Positions 20,078 through 29,885 are shown, counted from the first letter of the stretch. The stretch is 64,000 nt of DNA from a bacterium (GCA_965200245.1 CBDATS010000005.1:352001-416000), one strand, 5' to 3'. Notes: generated by a model not told the origin, from the letters alone. Translations and numbers: made by a program.

Positions 20078-20869
20078 GTGCTGGACGACTTCATCGTTCG
20101 CTCCGTGCTCGCAGGTATCGGGCTCGCTCTCGTGACCGGGCCGACGGGATGCTTCATCGTTTGGCGGAGGCTTGCCTATTTCGGTGAGATGATAGCCCAT
20201 TCGGCGCTTCTGGGCGTTGCCATCGCCATCCTGATCGACATACATCTGCCGGTCGGCATGTTCGTCGTCGCAACAGTAATCGTGCTCGCGATGTACTATC
20301 TTGAACGGCGCGATTCGCTGCCGACCGACACGCTGCTCGGTCTGTTTTCGCACGGCGGGCTCGCGATCGGTATCGTTCTGTTGTCGTTTTTCCCGAGAAT
20401 GCGACTAGACCTGCACGCGCTTCTGTTCGGGGATATTCTCGCCGTATCGCGCCTGGATCTGGCAGTGATCTGGATCGGAGGCGCGGCCGGACTGGCGGTT
20501 TTGTGGTGGATTTGGCGTCCGTTGCTCGCAGCAACTGTCAGCACGGAACTTGCCGCGGTGGCGGGGTTGCGGCCAGAACGCGCGCGTCTGATTTTCGGCA
20601 TCCTCCTGGCCGCGGTGATCGTCGCTGCGATCAAGATCGTGGGTGTCCTGTTGATCGTTGCCCTGCTGATCATTCCCGCAGCAACCGTCCGACGCATCGC
20701 TTCCAGTCCAGAGAAAATGGCGATGGGCGCGGCAGTCATGGGCATCCTTGCTGTGGCTGGAGGGCTGTTCGCATCGGCGACGCTGGACACGCCTTCCGGC
20801 CCTTCGATTGTGGTCGCGGCGCTGGTGCTGTTCATCGTCACCCAGGCCGTCGGCTCGGGATCGCGCTGA
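20078..20869 (+). CDS. znuB: Zinc ABC transporter permease
   Basis: MLDDF..GPTGCFIVWRRLAYFG..AHSALLG, LFGDIL, DTPSGPSIV. Confidence 0.9.
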   Translation: MLDDFIVRSVLAGIGLALVTGPTGCFIVWRRLAYFGEMIAHSALLGVAIAILIDIHLPVGMFVVATVIVLAMYYLERRDSLPTDTLLGLFSHGGLAIGIVLLSFFPRMRLDLHALLFGDILAVSRLDLAVIWIGGAAGLAVLWWIWRPLLAATVSTELAAVAGLRPERARLIFGILLAAVIVAAIKIVGVLLIVALLIIPAATVRRIASSPEKMAMGAAVMGILAVAGGLFASATLDTPSGPSIVVAALVLFIVTQAVGSGSR

Positions 20870-20949
20870 CCCGGGCTCCTGCAGTTCGGAAAGCCGACGG
20901 ACCGATAAGTACGTATTGTCCTCGTCCAGTTCGCGGAATTGGTGGTCAC

Positions 20950-21274
20950 GCGGAAACGCTGTGTCGTTCCAGTTGTCGCGTCAGGCAAGCCGGCGCCCGG
21001 CAACGTTGGCCTCGATTGGCACGTGACGTGCGGCGTGGAAAAACAAATCCTTGAAGGCGAGTCGGCTCGCCTTCCGGTTGCTGAAGCTGAGCACGGCGAG
21101 TCGATTGCGCAGTAGTTTGCCGTTTTACTCCAGTACCAGTTCACATTCCTTGACGCAGGCAGCATGGTACATGTCGTGCACGAACCCTCCCGCTTTACGA
21201 TGAGCGTCCACCTCGCTGAAGGCGAACTCCAGTGTGCCGGTGCAACGGCGCAGGACTGTCGTATCGATGCTCAC
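20950..21274 (-). pseudogene. HI0074-family HEPN (nucleotidyltransferase substrate-binding) pseudogene
   Basis: VSIDTTVLRRCTGTLE...YHAACVKECELVLE*..LLRNRL..RLAFKDLFFHAARH...*RDNWNDTA; in-frame stops at 21125 and 20981. Confidence 0.65.
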
Positions 21275-21282
21275 GCACCGCC

Positions 21283-23028
21283 TTACACCAATGGAATGGA
21301 GCGATACTCGACCAGCGCTGACCGGCCCGTAATATCGACAATGCGAATCCGACACTCGTGGCCAAAGGCATCGGTGAGACGCAACTCTTCCCCGAACAGG
21401 AAGCCGACCGGCTGCTGCCTGCCCTCGTTGATGGCGATGTTGTCAGCATACAGATAAGTACGGTCGCTTGTGTCACGTATGGGGTTCAGTCGTCCTGACA
21501 GACCAGGGACGTGTCCGGTTGCATTCGAAAAGATTACAGCGCCTCCTCCCGGAAGGGGGGCGAGTTCAATTGTCAACACTCCCTCAGCGGGTATCCAGTG
21601 CTCTTCGCAGTGTGCAGCGTATCCGGATGCAGCGACAAAAACCCTCATCGGCAATTCAGTGGTGTAGAGGTCCACGCACCCCTCGCCGTCGAAGCCGGTG
21701 GTTGCCTCTTGCCAAGTCTTGTTCGGGTATAGTACCAGCAATTTCGCGCCGGGGAGCGGCTGACCATCCGCGAATACCTTGATGGTTACAGAGTCCGGGG
21801 TATTTTGATGCGATGCTGCCGAAACAGTCAGACGAAGGTCTTTTCCATCAAGCACGTGGTATTCAGGCTCTTTCCCGCAAAGCTCCCGAGTCTCTCGAAG
21901 GATGATGCGAACACCGTCACCTCGTCGTTCCATGAAATACTGTCGTTCATGAGAGCCATGAATGCCATTCACCGCCATGCGTCCAAGTATGGAGGCAAGC
22001 GCTTCGTTGCGGGTTGCCTGGGTCTCGGGCATGGCGTCTATCGTCATTCCGTTGGGCAACTCTCCGGGCGATACGAGTTCCAGACGGTCCTCGAACATGG
22101 ACAAGCGTATCCTCCGCTCCTTCATGGCGTAATCCCGGTGCACGACGGCGTTCACAATAGCCTCGAAAACGGCACGCAAACTATACTGTGGCACGTCCAC
22201 CCGTGCTGGCATTTTACGGGCAGCAACCTGCATGTTGCTTCGCACGAACAGCATCGCGTCATCGATCTGGCGATGTAACGGACCGGTGATCTCACGTGCG
22301 TCCAACTGGCCCGATGCACGATCCGTACCGTCGTAGCGAGTTGCCGAAATGGCAGCTTGAGGCAACCATTCCTGCGGCTCCCGTGTGCAGAGCAGGATAC
22401 CGGCAACCGTGGCCCTCTGAACGCCTGCTTGGTCATTCGCCAGCAGACGAAGCTGCCGCAGGGCGGCCTGCGGGTCCGCTGCCCCCTCGGCACTGAGCAA
22501 CGAACGCCAAAGTTCCTCGTCCAAGGTGCCAAATCCGGTGTCCGGAACGGGCTGCTTGTCAAACCAGAGAAACCTGGCCTGTGACCTAAGCTGAGCGAGG
22601 CGCAATTGTTCGTCGGTGCTCATTCGTCGGGCTGAACTTCCGATTCGCCGGTAGCTTCCACCCGGGCTCTCGTGCAGAGCGTGGCCCTGGGGAATCTCTA
22701 CCAGCAAGAACGACTTGCCGTAATCGAGTTCTCGTCGGGAGATGAAGGGGTACAGAGGAGGCTTGATCGCATCCGCGCAGATTTCGACAAGCAGTCGCTC
22801 AAGTACATCCATCTGCTCGCGCGACATGCCTGGCACTTCACCCGCATCGGTGACACCACAGAGCAACACACCGCCTTCTGCATTCGCGAAGGCGGCGATT
22901 TCGTCAGCCAGATGGTCGCGGCTTGGGCTCTTTGGGCGGTTTCCAGAAAACTCGATTTGCTTGAATTCCCAAACACTGTCTTCGCCCAAGCGCAACTGGC
23001 GTTCAATGTCGGTGTCGCTGATCTTCAT
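21283..23028 (-). CDS. Schlafen/AlbA_2 domain plus HATPase_c_4-type protein with extra C-terminal all-beta domain
   Basis: GEDSVWEFK, IAAFANAEGGVLLCGVTD, EAIVNAVVHRDY, ELVSPGELP, RNEAL, MERRGDG; C-terminal VTIKVFADGQPLPGAKLLV..ATTGFDGEG. Confidence 0.85.
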   Translation of the reverse strand: MKISDTDIERQLRLGEDSVWEFKQIEFSGNRPKSPSRDHLADEIAAFANAEGGVLLCGVTDAGEVPGMSREQMDVLERLLVEICADAIKPPLYPFISRRELDYGKSFLLVEIPQGHALHESPGGSYRRIGSSARRMSTDEQLRLAQLRSQARFLWFDKQPVPDTGFGTLDEELWRSLLSAEGAADPQAALRQLRLLANDQAGVQRATVAGILLCTREPQEWLPQAAISATRYDGTDRASGQLDAREITGPLHRQIDDAMLFVRSNMQVAARKMPARVDVPQYSLRAVFEAIVNAVVHRDYAMKERRIRLSMFEDRLELVSPGELPNGMTIDAMPETQATRNEALASILGRMAVNGIHGSHERQYFMERRGDGVRIILRETRELCGKEPEYHVLDGKDLRLTVSAASHQNTPDSVTIKVFADGQPLPGAKLLVLYPNKTWQEATTGFDGEGCVDLYTTELPMRVFVAASGYAAHCEEHWIPAEGVLTIELAPLPGGGAVIFSNATGHVPGLSGRLNPIRDTSDRTYLYADNIAINEGRQQPVGFLFGEELRLTDAFGHECRIRIVDITGRSALVEYRSIPLV

Positions 23029-23635
23029 CTCCGTGGTGGACTCCAAACCTTGAAATTTTTGGCGATAGTCCTGTCCAAGCGTGTCTCCTCTGCCTGCTGC
23101 TCTCCAAATTGAGCGACGAGCCGCTTCATTTTCGCCTCGAAAGGTTTCCTGTCATCTTTTTGCGGCGGTGCGCCCACGTAGCAGCAGGGGGTGAGCACAT
23201 GCCAGCTTTTGCACCTCGTCTATCGTCAGGCTCCTGCAGAAACCGAGAGCATCGGCATACTCCTCTGCGCTCTCACTGCTTCGCCATACATGATAGGCAC
23301 AGACAATGCAGACAACCTCCTCATCCGTCAACTCACGGTAGGTGCGGTCGACCATGCGGCCGAACACGCACACTCACCAGACATCACCTCCCTGATTGCG
23401 GGATTCTCGCGCTCGATCGCCGCTATGACATCATCGACGACCTAGCCGATGACAGGCTGCCACACCTGAGTCCTGAGATGGCCCCAGCGGTCATCCGGCG
23501 GAACGCAGAAGATGTTCTCAGCAAGATACTTGCCCCCAAGTCCTCGGCAGCCTCCGCGCCCCATTCGGCGAGGACAGAAGCGCAGCGTTCCCCGAAGACG
23601 TTGGAGATATACTTGAGGAAAATCAGATCCAAAAC
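23026..23635 (-). pseudogene. hsdM: Type I R-M methyltransferase HsdM relic with large internal deletion
   Basis: N-terminal LIFLKYIS..AEWG..AENIFCVPP..RW joined to C-terminal GRMVDRTYRELTDEE...GFCRS and PFEAKMKRLVAQ; catalytic core missing. Confidence 0.75.
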
Positions 23636-23874
23636 GTGAAAGACTATCGGCTCTGGCCCTTCCGCCCTTCAAACCGCCAGCGCGCGCAAACTCATTCATG
23701 CTCTCAATATCATATTCTCGCTTGCCAGTCGCAACATATACAACAAACCTAGCGAGTTGACTGCTATCACGTGATCTTTCGGGCTTTTTTATCATAGTTC
23801 GGAAATTATGCCACAGACATTGCATAACACGCATGTTCGGTTTTGCTCTTGTATTTTCAAACTGACACACTATC
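23636..23874 (-). mobile_element. End of an IS1-like element: terminal repeat plus truncated small basic accessory gene
   Basis: TTCAAACTGACACACTATC at 23856-23874 and ORF from 23795 MIKKPERSRDSSQLARFVVYVATG...GGLKGGRARADSLS, a small gene I associate with such elements; no transposase in the window. Confidence 0.5.
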
Positions 23875-23944
23875 TGACTTTTGAAGAGGTTGATGGGCGG
23901 GAGAGTAAGGGGTTTGTCAATTTCGGTTATAAATCCCGAGATTT

Positions 23945-24139
23945 ATGAAAGATGAACTCGCAGAAAACATGGATACTTTCTTCAGGAATTTGCTCAATAT
24001 ACCCAAACCGAATCGCCTTCACCGACCAAGGAATATCTGGAACGTCGCTCTGATAAGATTCGGGGAGAACGGCGAGCCTGTTTTCGAGGAGGCAGACCAA
24101 GATTTATCAAAACTGAGGTGTTCCGTGGGTGCCAAGTGA
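23945..24139 (+). CDS. Small hypothetical protein, degenerate paralog of 40233-40406
   Basis: Shares ENMDTFFRNLLN.PKP and IRF...G.PVFEEAD with the minus-strand ORF at 40.3 kb. Confidence 0.5.
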   Translation: MKDELAENMDTFFRNLLNIPKPNRLHRPRNIWNVALIRFGENGEPVFEEADQDLSKLRCSVGAK

Positions 24140-24348
24140 TTATAGCCTCTCAAGTACCTTCACGAGCGCAGGATTTGAATCTTTTAACCCTTTTGTATTT
24201 TCAGCCATCGTTTCCATGGTTTGTTGAAGGGCCTTGTTCAGGACTTCAGATGCTTCCGAGCGTTTTTCATTTGCCTGTATCATGGTATGGATACCATATC
24301 CGATAAGAACAAGAGTCGCGAAGTTTGTACCAATATTTGCAAGTTCTA

Positions 24349-24597
24349 TTATCGTTTCCTTTTGGCAGGGGCGCCTTCATCGCACGGTACGCTTTTATTA
24401 CTATTCCCGAAATTTACTCGAGTTACATCCACTCCCCCGACAATGTCGAGCAATTCATCCACAGCCGCGTCCTCTGCTTTTGAGACATACTTCTTGACGT
24501 ATTCCAGAATGGCTCTTTCCGGGTTTCTGCTTTCCTAGATCTCTTTCCGATGGTCTTTTAGGTCTTTGAATAGATCCTCTGTGATTCATTTCAGCAT
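24349..24597 (-). pseudogene. Small hypothetical gene with two nonsense codons, paralog of the 40468 ORF N-terminus
   Basis: MLK*ITEDLFKDLKDHRKEI*ESRNPERAI versus MLKRITYDLLDDLEDHQTEIEESKDPEGAV. Confidence 0.55.
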
Positions 24598-24818
24598 TTG
24601 GCCTGAAAATATCTGGGGTCCAATCAAGCAAGGTTGACAAGCTATCAGCAACCTTTGCAGAAAAATAATAAAACCAAGGGAATCACGTCTGCAACTTACT
24701 GCGCGCGTTGGTTGGGAATGATTCAGGAGGCACACCTTAATGTAAGCAGGGATACCGGAAAACGACTTGTACATGATACGCTATAGAAATCGATACGTTC
24801 AGGGAGAAAGAGACACCA

Positions 24819-26087
24819 ATGCTGCATCCCGATTTCGAGCGCTGCTCGCGACACATTACCGCCGACGCCGTTCGCGAATTGCTGAGCGACATGGTGGACA
24901 TCCCCAGCCCCACAGGTGGGGAAGCCGAGATGGCGCGTTATATGGTCGAGCACATGGCGAATGCCGGGCTGGGGACCCGCCTTCAGGAGGTCGACCCCGG
25001 AAGGCCAAACGCGGTCGGCGTACACGAAGGCGCGGGCGATGGCGTGAATCTGCTCCTCACGGGCCACATGGACACCTCTTACGACGGGGATGAGGACTAC
25101 CTGAGCGGCGAAGGGTTCAAGCCCCGGTCCGTCCACCGAGACGGCTGGATGTGGGGCCTGGGCGCGAACAACATGAAGAGCGGCCTTGCGGGTGCGATGG
25201 CAGCCATCGAGGCCATCTGCCGCGAGGAGGTCGCCTTGCGCGGCGATGTTTCTCTCGCAGGCGTGGTGGGCGAGATAGAAAAGGCACCCGTGGACGAGTT
25301 CTCGGGTCAATCCTTTTCGGGCTATGGGACGGGCACGCGATATCTCATCCTGCACGGAGAAACCGCGGATTGCGCCATCCTCGCCGAGCCGACCGGACTT
25401 AAGGTGTCGAACGCGAACATGGGGGTGGTGTGGGCGAAGATCACCGTGAGCGGCACCATAAGCCACAGCGTTTTCTCGAACCGACCAGGGATCGTGAACG
25501 CCGTGCGCGCGATTCACAAGATTCAAAGCGCCGTCGAACAATGGATTCCTGATTACGAGGCCAGGCACTCCTGCATGGGCGAGCACCCCAACGTGACGAT
25601 AGCCGCCGTCCGGGGCGGTTGGCCATGGCGGCTTTCCAGAAACCCTGCCGAGGCGAGCCTCTATCTCGACATCCGTACCGTGCCGGGCCAGAGGAGCGAA
25701 GACATCAAGCGCGATCTGCGCGCCGTACTCGAAGGTGCCTCCGATGAAACCTGCCGGGCCACGCTCACCTTCTACGTGAACGATCCGCCCACGCTGCTTG
25801 ATGCGGATGCCCCTCTCGTTCAGGCCGCGCTCAGGGCGCACGAGGAAGTGACGGGCGAAGCTTCCGCGCCCGTCATCAGGAGGCCTGCGGCCGATTCCAC
25901 GCATTTCAACCACTACGATATCCCATGCGTTTGCTATGGCCCCGGCGGACGAATGCACCCAGACGCCATGAAAAAGGGACTCATGCACGCCGTGGGCGAG
26001 CATGTACTCATTGAGGATGTGGTGACGGCGGCCAGAGTCTACCTCGCCGCCGCCCTTTCGATTTGCAGCCAGCAAGCCCATTCATAG
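24819..26087 (+). CDS. M20/ArgE-DapE family metallo-hydrolase with non-canonical ligands
   Basis: IPSPTGGE, GRPNAVG, LLLTGHMDT, GLGANNMKSG, VVGEIE, ILAEPT, YGPG, EHV. Confidence 0.85.
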   Translation: MLHPDFERCSRHITADAVRELLSDMVDIPSPTGGEAEMARYMVEHMANAGLGTRLQEVDPGRPNAVGVHEGAGDGVNLLLTGHMDTSYDGDEDYLSGEGFKPRSVHRDGWMWGLGANNMKSGLAGAMAAIEAICREEVALRGDVSLAGVVGEIEKAPVDEFSGQSFSGYGTGTRYLILHGETADCAILAEPTGLKVSNANMGVVWAKITVSGTISHSVFSNRPGIVNAVRAIHKIQSAVEQWIPDYEARHSCMGEHPNVTIAAVRGGWPWRLSRNPAEASLYLDIRTVPGQRSEDIKRDLRAVLEGASDETCRATLTFYVNDPPTLLDADAPLVQAALRAHEEVTGEASAPVIRRPAADSTHFNHYDIPCVCYGPGGRMHPDAMKKGLMHAVGEHVLIEDVVTAARVYLAAALSICSQQAHS

Positions 26088-26174
26088 AGCAGGGAAAGTG
26101 CGACATCCCAAATTTTTGGGGCGGGCGCAAACGGTTCGACCTTCAGGAGTAAATCAACCGAAAAGGAAATCCGC

Positions 26175-27350
26175 ATGGACTTCGAACTGAGTGAAGAACA
26201 GAAAAACCTGCAACTCCTTGCTCGAAAATTCGCAATGGAGGAGATGCTGCCTGTCGTGGCCGAACTCGAAAAACGGCCTGACGGGGAGGACAAGTTCGCC
26301 TATGATCTGGTGAAGAGAGGTACGGAACTCGGTTTCCACTCCCTCGGCGTGCCCGAAGCACACGGGGGAGACGGGGCGAGTGTGCTCACCCAGTGCGTCG
26401 TGGTCGAGGAACTCTCCGTCGGATCGCCATCGGTCTCCAAGGTATACAGCCACAACTGGAAGGCAATAGCGGGCCTCATCGCCGTGGCGACGCCCGAACA
26501 ACTCGCCCGCGTAATACCCGACTATCTCGAAGACCCTCTCTATTGCATCGGCATCGCCATCACGGAGCCCAATGCGGGCAGCGATAATGCTCTTCCCTTC
26601 GACGCGGACCCCGCAGCGGGTCCGACCCTGAGGGCGGTACGCGAGGGAGATTATTACGTCTTAAGCGGATTGAAGCACTACATCGCCATGGGCGCACAGG
26701 CGAAATACGTCACCGCCTTCGCCCGGACGGACAAGAGCGTCCCGTGGACGAAGGGCGTTACGGGCTTCATGATCTTCCCACCGCACGAGGGCTTCGAGGT
26801 CGGCAGGCTGCACGAGAAGGTGGGACTCAGGTGCTATCCCCAGCACGATCTCATCTTCCGCGACGTGCGCGTTCCTGTGGAAGACCGCCTGGGGGAGGAA
26901 GACGCATTCCAGGAGGGCAGAAAGAGCGTCGTCAATCTCGGCACCGTGGAAGCGACGGCCACCTCAATCGGCATCGCCCGGCGCGCCTACGATCTGGCGA
27001 TTGGCTACGCGCGCGAACGCGTACAGGGCGGAAAACCCATCATTGAGCACGATCTGATAGGCACGCTCCTGCTTGAGATGTTTACCCGCCTGGAAGCCGC
27101 GAGGACGCTTCTCTGGCGTGCTGCATGGAGCATCGACAAGGGCGTGAACGATCAGAAATTCACGCGGGCGACCAAGGTGTTCGCCGTCGAATCGCTTAAC
27201 TACCTGGCAACCAAGGCGGTGGAAATTTGGGGCGGCACGGGCGTGATGAAGGACGCGCCGGTTGAGAAGGTCTACCGAGACGCGATTCAACTCTACCACA
27301 TGGGCAACACGAACCAGGTGAACGTCTTGAAAGCCCTGCCCCATTTGTAA
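26175..27350 (+). CDS. Acyl-CoA dehydrogenase family protein
   Basis: MDFELSEEQ, AITEPNAGSD, LSGLKHYI, KVGLR, YARERVQGGKPI, IWGGTG, VEKVYRDA. Confidence 0.92.
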   Translation: MDFELSEEQKNLQLLARKFAMEEMLPVVAELEKRPDGEDKFAYDLVKRGTELGFHSLGVPEAHGGDGASVLTQCVVVEELSVGSPSVSKVYSHNWKAIAGLIAVATPEQLARVIPDYLEDPLYCIGIAITEPNAGSDNALPFDADPAAGPTLRAVREGDYYVLSGLKHYIAMGAQAKYVTAFARTDKSVPWTKGVTGFMIFPPHEGFEVGRLHEKVGLRCYPQHDLIFRDVRVPVEDRLGEEDAFQEGRKSVVNLGTVEATATSIGIARRAYDLAIGYARERVQGGKPIIEHDLIGTLLLEMFTRLEAARTLLWRAAWSIDKGVNDQKFTRATKVFAVESLNYLATKAVEIWGGTGVMKDAPVEKVYRDAIQLYHMGNTNQVNVLKALPHL

Positions 27351-27490
27351 GGACGCCAAGGGAATTACGGACCCTTGTCTTTTGTGCGGTTTTTGAGGAT
27401 TCTATCCACGTATGTGCGGGACACATACATGCGTCCCGCGCCACAGAGCCGGCAGGGAATTCATTTGCTCAAAGCCGCCGGGAGACCGAC

Positions 27491-27514
27491 AGGGACGCAT
27501 ATATACGTCCCTAC
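27491..27514. repeat. GTAG-type REP-like palindrome
   Basis: AGGGACG-catatata-CGTCCCT-AC; similar imperfect hairpin GCGGGAC..GTCCCGC at about 27416-27440. Confidence 0.4.
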
Positions 27515-27540
27515 AGACGAACCGGAAAGCAGGAAGGGGT

Positions 27541-27945
27541 ATGAGAATGATCGAGAAAACAGAAGCGCAGTGGCGGGAACAACTGACGTCCGAGCAATAC
27601 CACGTGACAAGGGAGGCGGGTACCGAGCGCGCCTTCAGCGGAAAATACTGGGACTGCCACGAAGATGGTATCTACAAGTGCGTGTGCTGCGGTGCGGAGC
27701 TTTTTGGCTCGGATACCAAATTCGACTCAGGCACGGGCTGGCCGAGCTTTTACCAGCCCCTCAAGTCTGAAAATGTGGGCGAGAAAGAGGACAATTCCTT
27801 CTGGATGCGCCGCGTGGAGGTGGTATGTTCGAACTGCGACGCGCACCTGGGTCACGTATTCCCCGACGGTCCACCGCCCACGGGGCTTCGCTACTGCATC
27901 AACTCGGCATCCTTGGACTTGATACCCAAGCCCGCAACCGATTAA
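27541..27945 (+). CDS. msrB: Peptide-methionine (R)-S-oxide reductase
   Basis: [46 protein letters not shown]. Confidence 0.97.
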   Translation: MRMIEKTEAQWREQLTSEQYHVTREAGTERAFSGKYWDCHEDGIYKCVCCGAELFGSDTKFDSGTGWPSFYQPLKSENVGEKEDNSFWMRRVEVVCSNCDAHLGHVFPDGPPPTGLRYCINSASLDLIPKPATD

Positions 27946-28033
27946 GGCCGGACGGGGAACACATACATCAAGGGACGCTTCACGCGCGATCAGCGAGGAG
28001 CGTCCTTTGCACGAATGAATGGAGAGGATATTC

Positions 28034-28477
28034 ATGACGATTCAACGCTTTCATAACGTATCGCTCACAGTGAAAGGCGCAGACGCATCCGCCGCATGGT
28101 ATGCCGAGAACTTCGGTTTCGAGGTGGAATCGGATTCCGAGCGCACGCCTGATTTCTCGGCCCAGGTAACGGGTGTTCCCGGCGCACACCTTCGCGTGGT
28201 GCATATGGGCGGCCACGGGCTGCACCTCGAACTCATGGAATACAAGGGCGCGTCTGGCGATGCGGTGAACACCTCTCCCAACAACGCGGGCTGTCTGCAA
28301 ATCGGTTTTGTGGTGGACGACGCAGAAACTCTCTATGAAAAACTCAAATCACAGGGAACCGTTATGTGTTCCCCCTCCCCTGCTACCGTGCCGAGCGGCC
28401 CAATACAGGGTTCCAAGATTTTTTTCTGCAAAGATCCCGACGGCGTGGTGCTGAAGTTTTTGTCTATCAAGAAGTAG
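28034..28477 (+). CDS. VOC/glyoxalase-family protein
   Basis: FHNVSLTV, LELMEY, NNAGCLQIGFVVDD, FFCKDPDG. Confidence 0.8.
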   Translation: MTIQRFHNVSLTVKGADASAAWYAENFGFEVESDSERTPDFSAQVTGVPGAHLRVVHMGGHGLHLELMEYKGASGDAVNTSPNNAGCLQIGFVVDDAETLYEKLKSQGTVMCSPSPATVPSGPIQGSKIFFCKDPDGVVLKFLSIKK

Positions 28478-28889
28478 GTGGAGGCTTCCTCCTCGCGGGG
28501 GGCTTTGATTTTCGCTTGACTCCGCAGGGGCGGACTGTGGGCCGTTCCTGTGTGGAATTTACTCGTCCATTCCCGCTCCACCTGGGGTGCAAACTCAGTA
28601 GCAATTGCACGAACGTTGTGGAGTTCCCGAGGGTGCGGACGCAGTTCCAGAATCTCCATTCCGTGATGTAATAAACCATCACCTGTACGTTCTCGGCCGA
28701 GCCGGGTCAGGGGAGCGATTTCGCCGTTCAAGTATACGTTGAACCGGCTGGTAACGCCGAAGGCACTCATCAAAGCCCACCCGTCCGCTCTTGCGGTTGC
28801 TTCCCTCGGGGGTCACAATGCGCCCGCTTCGCCCTGCAAGGCGTTGCGATGGTTCCAGAACCTTCTAATTGGTCGAAAGGGGAGATGCC

Positions 28890-29885
28890 ATGAAAAAGCC
28901 ATCCATCGCGATAGTGACGACCGGGGGAACGATTTCGTCGAAATACGACACGCGCGGGGGGGAGAACGTACCCGCAGCCAGTGGAGAAGAGTTGATCGCA
29001 TCCGTTCCCGAACTCTCGGGCTTCACGCTAGCTCACGTGGTCGAGCACTCGAACGTCACCAGCGACTTGATGGAGACGGCAACGGCCTTTGGTCTGCGTG
29101 ACCTCCTGCGCACGATTCTGGCGGATGAGGAGACGGCAGGGGCTGTGGTCACCCACGGAACAGCTACCATGGAGGAGACGGCCTATCTCCTAGACCTCAC
29201 GCTCGGTGGTGAGAAACCCGTCGTGGTTACAGGCGCAATGCGCAACTCCGTAGCCCGCGACGCCGACGGCCCGAGAAACATCTTCTACGCCGCGAAGATT
29301 GCCGCAGACCTCGATGCGCGCGACCGCGGCGTGATGGTCGCATTCGATGGCGAGATTTTCGCCGCGCGCGACGTCATCAAGGTGCACTCTCAGCGGCCCC
29401 ACGCATTCGCTTCAAGAGACGGCGGACCCATCGGTATCGTTTCGGACGAAGGCGTCTGCTTCCACTATCTGCCTGAGCGGCGCCTCCATTTCGAGGTATC
29501 GGCTCTCAGGGAAAACGTGCAGTTTCTCACCGTGACCCAAGGAGTAAACGACCTGCTCGTGCGCGCGTGCATCCGCGAGCATGTGGACGGCATCGTGGTG
29601 GAGGGCGTCGGCGCCGGCAATGTGAACCTTCCCTTCTACCATGCCCTTTGCGACGCTATGGAAACGGGAATCCCCGTGGTGCTCGGGGTGCGCATTTTCG
29701 CGGGCGCGCCCCATCGTGCGAAGGCGCATGCGGGTTCTTTCCTGAGCCTGATCGAGCGCGGGGCGATTTCCGCAGGCTATCTGAGCGGCATCAAGGCCCG
29801 CACCCTCCTGATGGTGGCGCTTTCGCACACGCAGGACCGAGAGGAGTTGCGCGATATTTTCGAGCGTGCCGGAGGCCGGGCGTGA
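28890..29885 (+). CDS. Asparaginase/glutaminase-family protein
   Basis: TTGGTI, VVTHGTATMEETA, KPVVVTGAMR, DGPRN, KVHS, GIVVEGVGAGN. Confidence 0.9.
   Translation: MKKPSIAIVTTGGTISSKYDTRGGENVPAASGEELIASVPELSGFTLAHVVEHSNVTSDLMETATAFGLRDLLRTILADEETAGAVVTHGTATMEETAYLLDLTLGGEKPVVVTGAMRNSVARDADGPRNIFYAAKIAADLDARDRGVMVAFDGEIFAARDVIKVHSQRPHAFASRDGGPIGIVSDEGVCFHYLPERRLHFEVSALRENVQFLTVTQGVNDLLVRACIREHVDGIVVEGVGAGNVNLPFYHALCDAMETGIPVVLGVRIFAGAPHRAKAHAGSFLSLIERGAISAGYLSGIKARTLLMVALSHTQDREELRDIFERAGGRA

Noticed and set aside
28500-28800. Possible gene relic between the VOC and asparaginase genes
   Set aside because: Short fragments in several frames with no family I can identify
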